The translations under genes and the position numbers were made by a program. The notes below the pieces were generated by a model. It worked only from the letters and a program-made list of their open reading frames with translations, had not been told where the DNA came from and made no database searches. 9,034 bases of DNA from Octopus sinensis (Eukaryota): contig NW_021828196.1 in the NCBI RefSeq assembly GCF_006345805.1, positions 1-9,034 of the forward strand, written 5' to 3'. Shown in pieces: positions 8,101 to 9,034 of this stretch (the stretch's first letter is position 1; each line of letters starts with the position of its first letter).

Positions 8101-8410
8101 ATTGGTAGGGGGATGTGGTGCTTGTGTGAGACCCGCTATGCTGTACGCACGGAGTGGCATACAACATTCTACGCCTGATTGGCTGTACTGTACCACTATG
8201 CAGTATCTTTACTCCTTTACTCTTTTACTTGTTTCAGTCATTTGACTGTGGCCATGCTGGAGCACCGCCTTTAGTCGAGCAAATCGACCCCGGGACTTAT
8301 TCTTTGTAAGCCTAGTACTTATTCTATCGGTCCCTTTTGCCGAACGCTAAGTTACGGGGACATAAACACACCAGCATCGGATGTCAAGCGAAGTTTGGGG
8401 GACAAACAGT

Positions 8411-8442
<32 letters not shown>

Positions 8443-8768
8443 CATATATACGACAGGCTTCTTTCAGTTTCCGTCTACCAAATCCACTCACAAGGCTTTG
8501 GTTGGCCCGGGGCTATAGTAGAAGACACTTGCCCAAGGTGCCACGCAGTGGGACTGAACCCGGAACCATGTGGTTGGTTAGCAAGCTACTTACCACACAG
8601 CCACTCCTGCGCCTAGTATGTGGACTTTCAAGGTGAGCTCTGATTGGATGTATGCAAATGAGTTCATCACTGGGGTCCGGAGCTCTCGTGGGAAAAATTT
8701 CGAAATCTCGACTCAATAAAACGTAAAGATACTTTGTCTAACCCTCTGCCGATGCCGCCATCTATTGC
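8101..8768. promoter_or_regulatory. Putative cis-regulatory motif cluster interrupted by SINE-A
   Basis: ATTGG (reverse CCAAT) at 8101, 8178 and 8643; octamer ATGCAAAT at 8652-8659; GCCGCCATCTATTGC at 8754-8768. Motif matches only. Confidence 0.25.
8206..8615 (-). mobile_element. tRNA-derived SINE type A, copy 2
   Basis: A box TGGCTGTGTGG (8593-8603), B box GGTTCAGTCCC (8550-8560), CORE-like CCTTGGGCAAGTG segment; collinear with 1388-1795. Confidence 0.92.
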
Positions 8769-8967
8769 ACCGACTTTGTTACTAAAGTCCCCGATATTGT
8801 TGTTGTTGTTGTTGGTTTGATGAGGAGAAGGAGGTTGTTGACGAGAATTATAATAATTATTAGATAATTATTCGTTAAATTCCATTAGTAATGAAGACTT
8901 GACATGAATTAATAGACAGCTGACTGCTTTTGCAAAAACGTACATTAAAAGTTTGAACAAAGGTACA

Positions 8968-9034
8968 TATTTCTTTACTACCCACAAGGGGCTAAACACA
9001 GAGAGGACAAACAATGACAGACAGACGACGGATT
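8968..9034 (-). mobile_element. Tail-2 module, cut by the window end
   Basis: TATTTCTTTACTACCCACAAGGGGCTAAACACAGAGAGGACAAACAATGACAGACAG. Confidence 0.85.

Overview
AT-rich, repeat-dense eukaryotic DNA, almost certainly intronic or intergenic. The repeat families match those I recall as characteristic of Octopus (cephalopod) genomes; this was not database-checked. No intact gene is supportable: the listed ORFs come from microsatellites, SINE read-through or unrecognised short frames. Contents: three tRNA-headed SINE types (informal labels A, B, C), a 5'-truncated Dong/R4 LINE inside an (AAT)n tract, a possible decayed LINE ORF1, orphan DNA-transposon-like ends and many microsatellites. The most notable structure is a ~183-nt SINE-B core module with an alternative 3' tail ('tail-2'). 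It sits at the identical AAATACC site inside two SINE-B copies, occurs once alone with a perfect 15-17 bp target-site duplication, and starts again at the window end. A diverged copy of its tail attached to non-SINE sequence may be the 3' end of its partner LINE. Weaker candidates are two phase-compatible + strand exons and a CCAAT/octamer motif cluster split by a SINE.
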